From NCBI GenBank assembly GCA_946965045.2, contig OX337230.1, forward strand, positions 806,001-870,000: a stretch of 64,000 nt of DNA, given 5' to 3'. Position 1 is the stretch's first letter; each line of letters starts with the position of its first letter. The notes beneath the pieces were generated by a model. The model worked only from the letters and a program-made list of their open reading frames with translations. It searched no databases and was not told where the DNA came from. The DNA is from Epithemia pelagica (lineage: Eukaryota; Protista; Bacillariophyta). The translations under genes and the position numbers were made by a program. Positions 22,110-34,147 of the stretch are shown in pieces.

Positions 22110-22663
22110 TGCAGTGAACAACGACGAGCTTCGATTTTTGGAATCGTGTACAGAAAAAGGGTCACCTCAAGAATGGAGGGGTCTTTCATGGAGAAACGAG
22201 CATTGGCCGCGAAAAATAATGATTTCTATTCTTTATTTTAAATTGTTGATGAGTGCGTTTTGTATAAATTGCGCCTCATTCACCTAGGTAGTCATGTACA
22301 GAGTTTGTAGCGGCTATCATCAAGGATCCGCATGTTTCGGACTCGAAAAAACAGAGTTTCAATTGCATTTACAGTCCAGCTCTCAAAGCTTGCATCGTAC
22401 CGTTTGTCATCCTATCGGTACCCTCTGCGATTTGTTTGATTGGCCATTGTTCCAACATAATGAGAGATGAGAGCAATCCCAGATCCAATTTAGATATTAG
22501 GGCCATCGTCCTCTCTGTGTTGTTCCTCGATTTTGTGTGGGAAGTGGCAGGAGCAATTTTTGGAAGGCGCGTCCGGCGCATTCTCAAAGGCATGCGCGCT
22601 TCATTCCTAGCCTTCCCGCCCGGACGAGATTCAGCTCGCACCCAAAAAACCACACATCATACC

Positions 22664-23743
22664 ATGGAAGACGGCCTAACGGTCGTAGACTTGGCGTTCA
22701 GATTACAATGGGACGTGGCGTCGCAACGGGCGAGGCGCTTCCCCCAAGAACTAGTGGAGAAGAACCAGGACGGACAAAATGTCGTGCATCTAGCGGTGGT
22801 GAACGCAGCTCCTCTGCCTCCTTTCTCTTCCGTGCTCCGAATTGAAAGTGAATACATCAAAGAAGCCTGCATGGCAAAAGATAACCGTGGATGGACGCCC
22901 TTAATGTATGCATCTTTCTACTTCGTCTTTGTCGGTTTGGAGAGGCTCCAGGCGCTCGTTGAAGCCTGCCCTGAGGCTGTCGGTATCAAAGACAGTTTGG
23001 GGTCCTCCTGCCTTCACCATTTGTGCTATTCTGCAAGGTCAACTGGAGGGTTTAGCGGTTTGCGACGTGCTCTTGCACGAGCGGAAATTTTAGTCCAAGT
23101 GGAGCCGTCTCTCTGCAGACACGAAGACGATTCAGGGAAAACTCCCATTCATGTTCTCTTTGAGGAATTCGAGGATCAAATCATCACATGCTGGTTATCC
23201 GATGAACCGGACGTCCAACTTGGCATAAATCGCTTTGATGTTGACGGTTTGTGGCTATTCTTTTCCATGCTCCTTCGATGCGCCGACTACTCCAGCCAAG
23301 GCTGCATTCTGCATCAGATTCTTTGTATGCCTTCTCCTCCTCATGCCGTGGTCGTGTTCGCCTGCAGTCGTACGCAGGAACCGCTCATGGTACAAGACGC
23401 CGCCGGAAACACGCCTCTTCATTTGGCCATGCAGAAACAACTCTCGCAGATTGCGTGCTTTTTTATCCAGCGCTTTCCCGAAAGCCTACCCATTCTCAAC
23501 AATGCCGGAGACTCGGCGTTCTCTATAGCGACTCGATCATTTCCCTCGTTCGATCCATGTCTTCGTCTGATGATGACAACATGTCCATACCTGGTGGAAA
23601 CCGTCACGGAAGACTATCAGCTTTACGCGCAACTTTTTGAGAATTTGTTACGTGTGGGAGACTCTGATGACGGCCACTCCGCTGTCTTTGAAATGCTAAG
23701 ACGGCAACCGAGAATTATGGGCGCCGATCGACAAACGGAGTGA
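22664..23743 (+). CDS. Ankyrin-repeat protein (copy A)
   Basis: DGQNVVHLAV, RGWTPLMYA, SGKTPIHVL, AGNTPLHLAM and AGDSAFSIA repeats; probable start MEDGLTVV at 22664. Confidence 0.85.
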   Translation: MEDGLTVVDLAFRLQWDVASQRARRFPQELVEKNQDGQNVVHLAVVNAAPLPPFSSVLRIESEYIKEACMAKDNRGWTPLMYASFYFVFVGLERLQALVEACPEAVGIKDSLGSSCLHHLCYSARSTGGFSGLRRALARAEILVQVEPSLCRHEDDSGKTPIHVLFEEFEDQIITCWLSDEPDVQLGINRFDVDGLWLFFSMLLRCADYSSQGCILHQILCMPSPPHAVVVFACSRTQEPLMVQDAAGNTPLHLAMQKQLSQIACFFIQRFPESLPILNNAGDSAFSIATRSFPSFDPCLRLMMTTCPYLVETVTEDYQLYAQLFENLLRVGDSDDGHSAVFEMLRRQPRIMGADRQTE

Positions 23744-24204
23744 ACTGCTTGTCTTTGGTTCTCATTGCGAGCGTGGTTACTTACCAACAAAAACCTCCCT
23801 TTATACGATCGCCATTCATAGAAGACGATCGGTATCGGATGATGTGTGGTTGTTTCTCTTTGACCTGGAAGCCCATCGCACAAGACGTAAACGGAAGATT
23901 CCTGGACTCGGAGGAGGAACGACCTTCCAAAACCCGTACCTTGTGCTGGGAGCGAAACCACCGGGGTCATTCGACGTTTCTCGATATAATGATACCTTTT
24001 GGGGAAGGTCAGATCCCCAACCTTGTTTCGTTTCATAAGCCACCAAGGTCTGCCTGTCCACGGTATCATGTGCATGAAAGCTTCTTGCTACAATAGAAGA
24101 GTACTACCAAACATTTCATTGCTCGATTTTTTACAACGAAGTCAGAGAACACGGTTTCTAAACTAGTGCTTCCATTTCTCTTTTTTTGTATAGGATTTAT
24201 CTTT

Positions 24205-26277
24205 CTATTCGACCAGATAGGGACTGGAGAGTGTGGCAAATCCGGCCGCGACACCTCCTTCATCGACATGACTGAATTTGGTCCGCAACAAGAATCCGGC
24301 ATACTCATTGTGGACAACGGTACCATCGTGGGAGGTTACAATGGTACCAAAACAACCCAATTCCGAAATACTGGGTCCACTTCCCTCGACTTGTCCACTG
24401 CGCAACAAGACGGCTCGTTGTTCCGGCGGAAAGAGTCGTTCCATGAGAATAAATTCTCCCAAGACGGAATGATCGACCGTGGGAGATGGCTTGTCCAAAT
24501 CGGTAATGTGCAATCGCAAGCGTTCTTCCATTTGTTTGCCATAAAAATTGTATCCTCCACCTTCTCGTTGAGGTTTCAACACGTACTTGGAATCTTGTCC
24601 GTGGACCAAAATATCCTGAACAGCCCGGTAATCGTCCTCCACCATGTCCGGTCCCAAGGTATACAAGCCCGCAAAGACGGCTCGCAGTGCCGGAATGGCC
24701 TCGTTGGTAATTTGGTCCGCCGTCACCGTGGCCGTGGGTTGCAAGAGCGATTCCAAGACACCGGGTCGAGCCAAGGCTTGCTGCACTTTTTTGGTGCCCA
24801 CCAAATGATAGCCCAAACTGGGTGATTTGGTGGCCACGGATTGTTCCAAAATCGTTCGTGCCTTCCATTCCGACTCCCCAAAGTAGTCTGTGGGAGCATA
24901 GCCCGCTCGGTAATACACCACTGCCACCGTTTGAGAAGTTGTCTTACTGTTGTTGTTGTTGGTTTCCACCAAGGTCAAGAGGCCCGTTTCCGAATCCACC
25001 TTGGCAATCTGCGCCAATTCCGAAAGAGATTTCCGCACCACGGTCCATCCATGGGCTTGGGTCAATTGAAATTCCAACAATCGTTGATCGACCGTATTGG
25101 TTTCTCCGGGTTGTACCACAAACAAGACGATCGGTTTTTGCAGTGGTTGAAATCGGGTTTCAAACTGTTGTGCGGCCACATGCAAGGCGTGGGCCAATCG
25201 TTCCAAGGCGGGATTTTCGGGAACACCATCTGCCGACGCCGTCGTCGTGGTAGTGGTGCCCGTGTGTTTCAGGACGGCTTGTTTGTTGTGTTGCAAAAAG
25301 GTTTGAACGGCTTCGTCCGTCGCCGACGTGGTGGTCAAGTGTCGATGCAGGGCAGCGACGCGAGTCGACAAGGCTCCAAAGGAGGCAGCAATCGTATTCA
25401 ATTCCACTTGTTTCAAACCACCCGCCGATGGATGCAACATGTAATCGGATCGAAACAAACCCAATCGATCCGCTTGACGGGCAAACTTGTTGTTGTCGTT
25501 GTCGTTGTCATTAAAATAAATTTGCTTGTAGAGTTTCAACAATTGCGCGGTAAAGGGATCCGCTTCCAAGACGGGTTGCAAGGTCCGTTCCAAAAAGTCG
25601 AGATTGTGACTGGTTTGTTCCACCAAGATATTAAACCAGGGTGCCACCGTTTGGGCTTGGACAAAGGCCGATTTGGGAAAGGCATTGGGCAAGAGGGAAA
25701 TGGGGGCACATTCAAAATACGACGTCGACTGTTTCTTGTTGTTCTTGCTGCTGTCGTCGTCGTGTTCATTCGAATGATCGGTTTGTCGACGTTCCACCAA
25801 AATACCACTGACCGACGCAAAACTACTGGCCGTGGCCGCCAACGAGTCCAAGGGCAACTCCATGGTCATGATACGAGCGTCGTCCTTGTCGTGGGCGTCC
25901 AATGCTTGTTGTTCCAAGCGACGTTCTTCCTCTTCGTTTTCTTCGTTTTCTTCTTGTTGATGTTGGTCGGCCGACGGCATGGCACACAGACTCGTTCTGG
26001 GTGCGTGGAATTGGCTGCGATGCACTCCAAAGGGCTGTCGTAGATGACAGTCAACGGCGTGGTTGTTGTTACTGGAAGAGTCGGTTGGAATGGCCGCAAT
26101 GGAAAAGGACGAAACGTGCAATCCCCCAAAACAAAGGAAACAGAGGAGCACAAATCCAAAACGTTGTCCAAGAGGCGAGAAACTGCAACTGATACTGAGA
26201 GCAAACGGCGACGAAAACAATGACAAACGCCAATCCAATGATGCAAGGTTCATGGAACGGTCACACCCTTTCGTCAA
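24205..26277 (-). CDS. GSS: Glutathione synthetase (eukaryotic type) with N-terminal signal/transit-like extension
   Basis: GLFRSDYMLH, KQVELNTIAASFG, YYRAGYAP, GTKKVQQAL, VLKPQREGGG, SELG and RTK...EGGVAAG. Confidence 0.95.
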   Translation of the reverse strand: MTKGCDRSMNLASLDWRLSLFSSPFALSISCSFSPLGQRFGFVLLCFLCFGGLHVSSFSIAAIPTDSSSNNNHAVDCHLRQPFGVHRSQFHAPRTSLCAMPSADQHQQEENEENEEEERRLEQQALDAHDKDDARIMTMELPLDSLAATASSFASVSGILVERRQTDHSNEHDDDSSKNNKKQSTSYFECAPISLLPNAFPKSAFVQAQTVAPWFNILVEQTSHNLDFLERTLQPVLEADPFTAQLLKLYKQIYFNDNDNDNNKFARQADRLGLFRSDYMLHPSAGGLKQVELNTIAASFGALSTRVAALHRHLTTTSATDEAVQTFLQHNKQAVLKHTGTTTTTTASADGVPENPALERLAHALHVAAQQFETRFQPLQKPIVLFVVQPGETNTVDQRLLEFQLTQAHGWTVVRKSLSELAQIAKVDSETGLLTLVETNNNNSKTTSQTVAVVYYRAGYAPTDYFGESEWKARTILEQSVATKSPSLGYHLVGTKKVQQALARPGVLESLLQPTATVTADQITNEAIPALRAVFAGLYTLGPDMVEDDYRAVQDILVHGQDSKYVLKPQREGGGYNFYGKQMEERLRLHITDLDKPSPTVDHSVLGEFILMERLFPPEQRAVLLRSGQVEGSGPSISELGCFGTIVTSHDGTVVHNEYAGFLLRTKFSHVDEGGVAAGFATLSSPYLVE

Positions 26278-27424
26278 TCAGAGATTTTTATGCACCCGCT
26301 GTATCTATTAGAGTCAGTAGAGCTTCTCGTTGTGTTGTTTTGTATCTCTCGTATTGTTTGGTGGTCGTCGATCTTGTTCTTCCTGCTTGGGTGCGTGTGC
26401 GGATTGCGGATGCGGAGCGAGATTATTCCAATCGGGATCTTGGAGAATCTTTTGTGATCCAGAGAAATGGATGACGTAGTACTCCTTATGAGAGACAAAT
26501 TCTAGTATTGACCAAAATGTAGAAAGGCCCTTTGGGAATCGCGCCGGTACGCCCTCCCCCCAAAACGCGGGGCGGTGGCCGTCGGTGTTGGGGATCTGAG
26601 GAAGCCTGGATTGTCGGTTGGACTTCTACAAGGTACGAGTATGACCCATAGGTAGATAGACTACCTAGTTATGACAACTACGAACGAATAGCATGATCCA
26701 TTAGAAGTAGTTGCGCCGTCGCTATTCGCTATCCGCCTATCTTGGTTTCGCTCCAACAATATTATTTTTAGTTCCAGAGGAAGATACCAACAACGAATCT
26801 ATCCAAAGAAACTTTTTCATCTATATTCGAATCATAGATATGAGTTAAGTCGGCCTCATGTCGTACGAGCCGAGTCCGCACAGGAGAGATGAGCGCCTGG
26901 ACACCGTTGCGACCTACGGAGCACTCCGTAGCAGCAATCGCACTCCAAAGAGAAGGACATGTGAATCACGCTCTTGAATCTCCACAGACGATGTGCAAAA
27001 GAATAAGACTTCCCCCAGCACAAACAGCGATCCGTAGTATACTTCTATATCTTCTAGACCATCACATTCTTGAATTTCCAAAGAGTTCCCCCAGACAGAA
27101 TGTCTCCGTAGTATTTCCGTATAGAAGTAGTCTCTAGTATAGATCTCTCGATCTTGGACAGCCCTGTGGCTGGCCGCGCCGTACACGTCTACTTGGGGGA
27201 GAAAATCGATCTAATCATTTTTCCTCGTAGTGGTTGCAGGAGGGCGACTGTAGATCGTTCGGACAATCCAGACACTGACGAACTACGCCTATCACGCTGC
27301 CCAAGGTATAATCAAAGCGGTCCATAAAAAACGAAACACCGACTCAAGTCGACTGTCTCGTATCGCAAAACTCCTGAAACTGAAAGGAGTAGGTGAAACT
27401 CTTTGTTCCTCAACGTCCTTCACC

Positions 27425-29718
27425 ATGATGCGACGTTTGCCCCTCCTACTCCATTCAAACTGCAAGAGTATCCTCAGTTTGTGTCTGTTCTTACAGTCTG
27501 TGGTACTCATTCATGCCTTTGACACGGTCGCATTCGATTTGGTCGTTGAAAAACTCAAATCCGATATCCACGAGTTTGCCGACCAGGTAGAGTTCTTGTT
27601 TGAGTCTCGGTGCGCCCCGGAAACCATGAATTCGTGTCTTTTGGCAAACTTTGGAGAGTGTCAAAGCGAGCCCTATCCACAACAAGAATGCGTGGGAGGG
27701 CCCAACTATGGCATTGCCGCGTGTGGGTACTCGGAAGAAACACCCTCCTGTTCCGGTTACCAAGACTTTTATTCCTCGTAAGTCATTGCTATGCATCCAG
27801 CAAGACTATCTTGTATTGTCTCCTTCATCTGTTCTAACCCTCTTCGTCCATCCACGCCGTTTTCTCTACCACATTCCTTTTCTCCATGAACAAAGGACCG
27901 TCCGCATTCGGGGCAAAGATGCCAATGGTTTGGAAGGCAACCCAACCGATCCCCAGCTAATCGAATCTATTTGCTTTACCCGCACCTTGGATGAGTGGTT
28001 CGTCCAGAAACGTCAGCAAGATGAGGTGTATTACAAGAAGCTAGGTGTTGAGCCTCGATCCATGTACTTTGGGAGCCGCCACGGATCCTTTCGGATCTTT
28101 CCGGCCCGACAATCCAAAACCTGCGGCGACTACGATCCAACCATCCGTCCGTGGTATGTCGCCGGGAGCAGCGGACCCAAGACTGTAGTGCTCATTTTAG
28201 ATACCTCGGGATCCATGCAAACCGGAGGCCGGATGAACCTTCTCAAGCAGGCAGCGAAAAGGATTGTGTGGACCTTGACAATCTCAGACCGTGTCTTGAT
28301 TGTCCCTTTTTCAAATGCTTCCCACCCGATCACGGACCCCGAAGGTTTCATGTTCCGAGCCACTAAGTATAACAAAGAACTGCTTGTATCCAAAATTGAC
28401 CGGCTCGAAGCAGGAGGATCCACCAACTTCTATTCTGCCTTTTCACAAGCCTTTGAAGCCCTAGAGCTGTCTCGGCAAGAGGAAGAAACTGCCAACTGCA
28501 ACACGGCTATTCTCTTCTTGACAGGTAGGTTTCCGCACTGTTCTTGTACTGGTAATTTTGGTGACGCTTCTGACATCCCTTGCTCCATTTTCCATACCTT
28601 TCTGGTTGTACGTAGACGGAGTGAACACCGATGGACCCGGCGTGGATCAAGTCTCGGCTCTGGTCGAAGAACGCCTATCTTATTTTTCCCAAGAGATGGG
28701 TCGACCACCCTTACTTTTCACGTACAGTGTGAGCGAGGAAAGCCAGGTGCATGTCTTTCCCAAACAACTCGCATGTCAGGTGGAATTCGGCCTGTGGTCC
28801 AAGATTGTCAATGACGCCGACATTGTGGATTCCTTATCCAGTTACTACCAATTGTTTGCCTTGGGTCTGGGAACGGAACGGAATCGAAATTTCGCAAGTT
28901 GGGTTCAGCCCTATCAATTCTTTACTGGAAATGCTCTGGGAACAACCATTTCGGTACCAGTGTTTGATCGTCGTCATCCGGTTCCACTTTTCTTGGGAGT
29001 TGTGGGAATGGATTTCCCCATTGCGGCGTTGGATGCGGCCTTGGCAACCGATACGACTGCGGATTCCCAGGCGGTACGAGCCGAGAGTATTAAACGCATT
29101 GTCGAGTCTTCCCAAGCAAGCTGTCCCGTAGAACTGGGCTTAAGCCAGTGCGAATTGGAAGAATACCGCCGGCTGAGTGCACCGGACCAAGAAGCAGTGT
29201 GCGGCATTGAAAACTGCACCGGTGTACCAAAGGTTCAAGAAGAAGCCTGTCCGACCGTGTCGGATTATCCCCAGCAGGTCTTTGTATCCAGTGCAACTGT
29301 GAGAGCCACCAACAACCCGGACTATAACGAGCAAGTCTGCTGCAACACCGCGGACCCTCAAGACTATACGGAACTTGGTGGTGATGGAGAACTTGACGAC
29401 ACGTGTACAGTGGCTCTCACTACTCCACGAGAGAATGACGAGAGGAGCAGCTCCAAATCCAATCATGGCATGATTGTTGGCATTGTGGTGGGCGGTGTGG
29501 GCTTTGGTCTTTTGGTGGCCGCTTTCCTTCTCATCCGCAAGAGGCGCAAGGCCAAAGGGAACCACGATACTACAGCAACGAGCCGATCCAGTACCATACG
29601 GGTGAAAGCACACCCCACCGCGACGGATCCTGGTTCCGCGGAATCACCTGCCGTGAAAATGGCCATGGCACCTGTCGCGATTGTGTGGTCCACCGACGTT
29701 CCCCACACTGCACAGTAG
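27425..29718 (+). CDS. Type I membrane protein with VWA and Cache-like domains (alpha2-delta-like architecture), 3 exons
   Basis: Signal peptide; YDPTIRPWY...VLILDTSGSM (MIDAS-like); GSTNFYSAF; ILFLT-DG across intron 28525-28615; LGVVGMD; C-terminal TM. Intron 27778-27895. Confidence 0.82.
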
Positions 29719-30484
29719 AAATATCGTGTGTGCAGGACATGACAGCAATCGTCACGCGAAGGTACTACACCATGTGTGTGTATGATTCCAAAGACCAATT
29801 CCATGTTGTAAGAAAGACACAGCCATCTCCGAGTCAGATCGATTCAAACAGGACCGCGAAAAAACAAAATTAGTTTCATTTGATGTATTCTCGTATGGCT
29901 TTCGTATAGGTCTCTGTCTTATGAGGGTGGAGGTGGGAATCTCACCGTACGCCCTGCAATTTTCAGTCCCCAAACCGCAAGGCTCTTCCAAAGGGACAAT
30001 CCCAGTTCGGTCAACGAAATTGCCATAATGGTCATCAAAAGCTGTTGCTGTCTCGCTGTCCCTCTCCATGGTCCAAATGTCCTCTACATCATCAACCGGT
30101 AGATCCCTTTTCAGTTGTTGTTGTTGTTGCTGCGGAGGATAAGGCACGGGATCCTGGAAATAAAATCGAGTACCGCTGATTTCCATTGAGAAATCTTGAC
30201 ACATACATGTCGAGAAAGAATGGCATGACCGTCTGGGTCGCGCAACGTCATCTACCGACCACATTTCGATCCGCTGGAAAACCCCTGTTTGCTGCAATGA
30301 GAGAATTGTCACTCGCCTCGATCGAGAGTATCACGCGATCCCAACAGAACCAGAGAAGCTTTGCGAAGAGACACAACCAAACATCGTCCGATACCGATGG
30401 TCCTCTTTCACTGGCGATAGCAGTATGGAGGGACTTTGTCGTTGGTAATAACCACGCTCGTAATGAGAACAGAACACAAGCAGT

Positions 30485-31576
30485 TCACTCCGTTTGTCGA
30501 TCGGTGCCCATAATTCTCGGTCGCCGTCTTAGCATTTCAAAGACAGCGGAGTGGCCGTCATCATAGTCTCCTGCACGCAACAAATTCTCAAAAAGTTGCG
30601 CGTAAAGCTGATAGTCTTCCGTGACGGTTTCCACCAGGTATGGACATGTTGTCATCATCAGACGAAGACATAGATCGAACGAGGGAAATGATCGAGTCGC
30701 TATAGAGAACGCCGATTCTCCAGCATTGTTGAGAATGGGTACGCTTTGGGGAAAGCGTTTGATCAAAAAACAGGCAATCTTCGAGAGATGTTTCTGCATG
30801 GCCAAATGAAGAGGCGTGTTTCCGGCGGCGTCTTGTACCATGAGCGGTTCCTGCGTACGACTGCAGGCGAGCACGACCAAGGCACGAGGAGGAGAAGGCA
30901 TACAAAGAATTTGGTGCAGAATGCAGCCATGGCTGGAATATTCGGCACATCGAAGGAGCATGGAAGATAATAGCCACAAACCGTCAGTATCATGGCTAAG
31001 TATGAAAAGACAGATGTCCGGTTCATCGGGTTCCCAGAATTCGTTGATTTGATCCTCGAATTCCTCAAAGAGAACATGAATGGGAGTTTTCCCTGAATGA
31101 TCTTGGTGTCTGCAGAGAGACGGCTCCACTTGGACAAACATTTCCGCTCGTTCATGAGCAAGTTCCCAACCAATCCCTCCTGTTGAAATTGCATAATTAC
31201 AAAGATGATGAAGGCAGGAGGACCCCGCATCATCTTTGATACCGACAGCCTCGGGGCAGGCGTCAACGAGCGCCTGGAACCTCTCCAAACGGAATCGGAA
31301 AGTGTCGAAGTAGAAAGATGCATACATTAAGGGCGTCCATCCACGGTTATCTTTTGCCATGCAGGCTTCCTTAACGTGTTCACTGTCATTTTGGAGCAAG
31401 GAAGAGAAGAGAGGCAGAGGAGGTTCGATCGCCACCGCCAGATGCACGGCATTTCTTCCATCCTGGTTCTTCTCCACTAGTTCTTGGGGGAAGCGCCTCG
31501 CCCGTTGCGACGCCACGTCCCATCGACATCTGAACATCAAGTCTACGACCGTCAGACCGTCAAATTCGTCTTCCAT
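30485..31576 (-). CDS. Ankyrin-repeat protein (copy B)
   Basis: Paralog of 22664-23743; C-terminal part nearly identical, variable clusters in the middle. Confidence 0.85.
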   Translation of the reverse strand: MEDEFDGLTVVDLMFRCRWDVASQRARRFPQELVEKNQDGRNAVHLAVAIEPPLPLFSSLLQNDSEHVKEACMAKDNRGWTPLMYASFYFDTFRFRLERFQALVDACPEAVGIKDDAGSSCLHHLCNYAISTGGIGWELAHERAEMFVQVEPSLCRHQDHSGKTPIHVLFEEFEDQINEFWEPDEPDICLFILSHDTDGLWLLSSMLLRCAEYSSHGCILHQILCMPSPPRALVVLACSRTQEPLMVQDAAGNTPLHLAMQKHLSKIACFLIKRFPQSVPILNNAGESAFSIATRSFPSFDLCLRLMMTTCPYLVETVTEDYQLYAQLFENLLRAGDYDDGHSAVFEMLRRRPRIMGTDRQTE

Positions 31577-32156
31577 GGTGGTTTGGGTGCGACGATGATT
31601 GCGCCGCTGTGAATCACGTCCGGGAAAAGGCTCGTTTGCACGCATGCCTTTGAGAATGCGCCGGACGCGCCTTCCAAAAATGTTTCTTCCACACAAAATC
31701 GAGGAACAACACAGCGAGCAGCGAGGACGATGGTCCATGGCTATCCCTAATATCTAAATTGGATCGAGGATTGCTCTCATTTTGTTGGAACAATGGCCAC
31801 TCAAACAATCACAGAGGGTACTGATAGGATGACAAACGGTACGATGCAAGCTTTGATAGCTGGACTGTAAGTACAATTGAAAATAAGGTTTTCATTGAGT
31901 CCGAAACATGCGGATCCTTGATGATAGCCGCTTCAAACTGACTACCTAGATGAATGAGGCGCAATTTATACAAAACGCACTCATCTACAATTTAAAAGAA
32001 GGAATAGCAATCATATTTTTCGCGGCCAATGCTCGTTTCTCCATGAAACACCCCTCCATTCTTGAGATGACCCTTTTTCTGTACACGATTCCAAAAATCG
32101 AAGCTCGTCGTTGTTCACTGCATCCAAAGAAATATTGTTTCTCAGCGTCTTTGGTT

Positions 32157-33281
32157 TTAGGGTGAGTCGCGCGCCGGGACCCTGTCCAATTCCAACATCC
32201 GAGTAAACACTCCCGAGTTTTTGTCAACAAGTGACAGTTTTTCACTAAACGCTTTCTCGTTGTCACCTCCAATCACAAGAATGCCATCTGACAAGGCAAG
32301 TATTTTAAAAGGACAAGTTGTTCCCCTTGTGATGTCTTGAAGCTTCCATATCATGGTATGTTGAGTATCCACGACCTCCACAGACCATCCGTACACACCT
32401 CCTTGGCAGCAACCTCCTACAATAACAAGACAAGATCCCACTTTGACCATAGCATGATCACGCCGGTTCATGTCGAGAAAGAGATCCTTGTCTGTTTGCC
32501 AGGACATGGCCGTTTGGAAAACAGATGGCTCACTTGTTGAGGTATCGTTCAACCGGTCATCAAACTCCAGGTATTCCACAGAGCTCAGAGGAATGCCATA
32601 TTGTTTCCCACCAACGACATAAATGCGTTGACCAATCACAGCCATTCCAAACTTCATCCGACCTTCGCTCAACGATGGTCCGACTGAGACAGAGCATTGA
32701 CTGTTGGATGCAGTGTCAACAATGTCCACAGATAATACAACTTTATCGACATTCCATCCACCCGCCACCACAATAAATCTCTCGTAAACAACGACAGCGG
32801 CACACCCTTCTCGCTCAGCAGACAAACGACAGTCCAATGTAGTCCATGCGGTCGTGCTGTTACTTGTCGAGGATGGACGAATCAAGTCTGTGATAGAAAT
32901 ACGTTCCATTGTATCCAGCGCAGACGAGCCATTCCATCCTCCATTGGCATAAACAGAGCCATTGCAGACTACTGCGGCAGGGTCCTGTCGAACCTCGTTC
33001 ATGACGGGTCCTTCAAGCCACTCTTTGTCCTCTTTTCCAATCATCAAAAGATGAACCGAATTCAATCCATTGGGGATTCTCCATTCTATTCCGCCTAGTA
33101 TCACTACAATCTCCTCTTGGTCGTTGTCGGGGTGTTTCACAACCACAGACGCATAGAAACGAGGCCAACCACCCCTAAGTGGAGGCAAATCAGATGACTG
33201 CCATTGCGGTGTGCTTGTTTTGTCTTTGCACTCTGCAAAAATCAGCCCGGATACAAGCGCTTGTTCTTGGATTTTCATCAT
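32157..33281 (-). CDS. Kelch-repeat protein (copy B)
   Basis: Paralog of 20958-22109; start MMKIQEQ at 33281; shorter C-terminus caused by a 1-nt indel relative to copy A. Confidence 0.88.
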   Translation of the reverse strand: MMKIQEQALVSGLIFAECKDKTSTPQWQSSDLPPLRGGWPRFYASVVVKHPDNDQEEIVVILGGIEWRIPNGLNSVHLLMIGKEDKEWLEGPVMNEVRQDPAAVVCNGSVYANGGWNGSSALDTMERISITDLIRPSSTSNSTTAWTTLDCRLSAEREGCAAVVVYERFIVVAGGWNVDKVVLSVDIVDTASNSQCSVSVGPSLSEGRMKFGMAVIGQRIYVVGGKQYGIPLSSVEYLEFDDRLNDTSTSEPSVFQTAMSWQTDKDLFLDMNRRDHAMVKVGSCLVIVGGCCQGGVYGWSVEVVDTQHTMIWKLQDITRGTTCPFKILALSDGILVIGGDNEKAFSEKLSLVDKNSGVFTRMLELDRVPARDSP

Positions 33282-34047
33282 GGAGGCAACTGAATTCGAG
33301 GTTCCTTCGGATGTTGTGGCACGGATGTTGTGGCAAGCCCTGTTTTGTGTCTTTTCCCAAACCGAAAGACGTTTGCCACTACAGCAACGTTTCCCACGAA
33401 AACGCATATCCTGCATTGGGTTTTCTATCATTTGTTGACTGTTGAATATCCACGAGTGAAACCACGGGCTTGCACTCTCTTGGTGCATCGACCATATATT
33501 GATGTTTCGATGCCATTCATTCCTCTGTGGAAGTCGAAACCACTCCTCAAGTTTCATCCTTGATCAACAACATACAAAAACACTTTTTTTCGTGGATCAG
33601 GATCCATCATCGAAGGTACCAAAACTCCATGAAGTGACTGGGACATCGAGAAGGCTTCTTCTGCTCGTTGTATCGGCGTCAATCCGTTCCATGCTCTTTC
33701 GGTGTCCACGGTAGTCTCACCAGACCTGCGTTGAAAGGACGTTATGAAACCACTTCTTCTCCATGGTCTGTTCTTGTCATTGTTGGCTCTTGGTTTTCTG
33801 CGTTCGATGGAGTCACGCGCGCCTTGCTCTCTTTTGGCTCGCTTCACCATCTCGCGGACGAAATCGTGAGTGCGGTCCTCGAAAAATCACCAGTACCGCT
33901 AGAGATGGATCATTACGGATCGACTTGTAATCGCTGACCACAACCCAGACCCAGTGGTCGGAGTCCTCCTCTTCACCATGGTGAGAAGTGAGAACCACAA
34001 AAAAGCAAAAGCAGAAGCAAAAGCAATTTAATTCCTGATTCCTGATC

Positions 34048-34147
34048 TACCCCCAGGCGGGGGTGAGTCATGAGGATTAGTGATAGAAATTTGATGCCAA
34101 AAGCACGACACACATGCGACCCGACTACTCACCCCTGCTTGGGGGTA
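34048..34147. mobile_element. 100-bp MITE, 21-bp imperfect TIRs, 10-bp TSD ATTCCTGATC (Mutator-like TSD length)
   Basis: Left tacccccaggcgggggtgagt vs reverse complement of right end tacccccaagcaggggtgagt (19/21). TSD at 34038-34047 and 34148-34157; empty site in the paralogous arm at about 16751-16760. Confidence 0.85.

Larger units (their letters stand above)
20397..23861 (+). repeat. Left arm of inverted segmental duplication (extends discontinuously to 16724-16992)
   Basis: Collinear reverse-complement similarity to 30366-33845 across promoter, Kelch gene, intergenic DNA, ankyrin gene and 3' flank. Confidence 0.95.

Noticed and set aside
29752-30312. 186-aa minus-strand ORF next to the duplication breakpoint
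   Set aside because: Non-ATG start, no recognisable domain; could be a truncated fragment but is unsupported.
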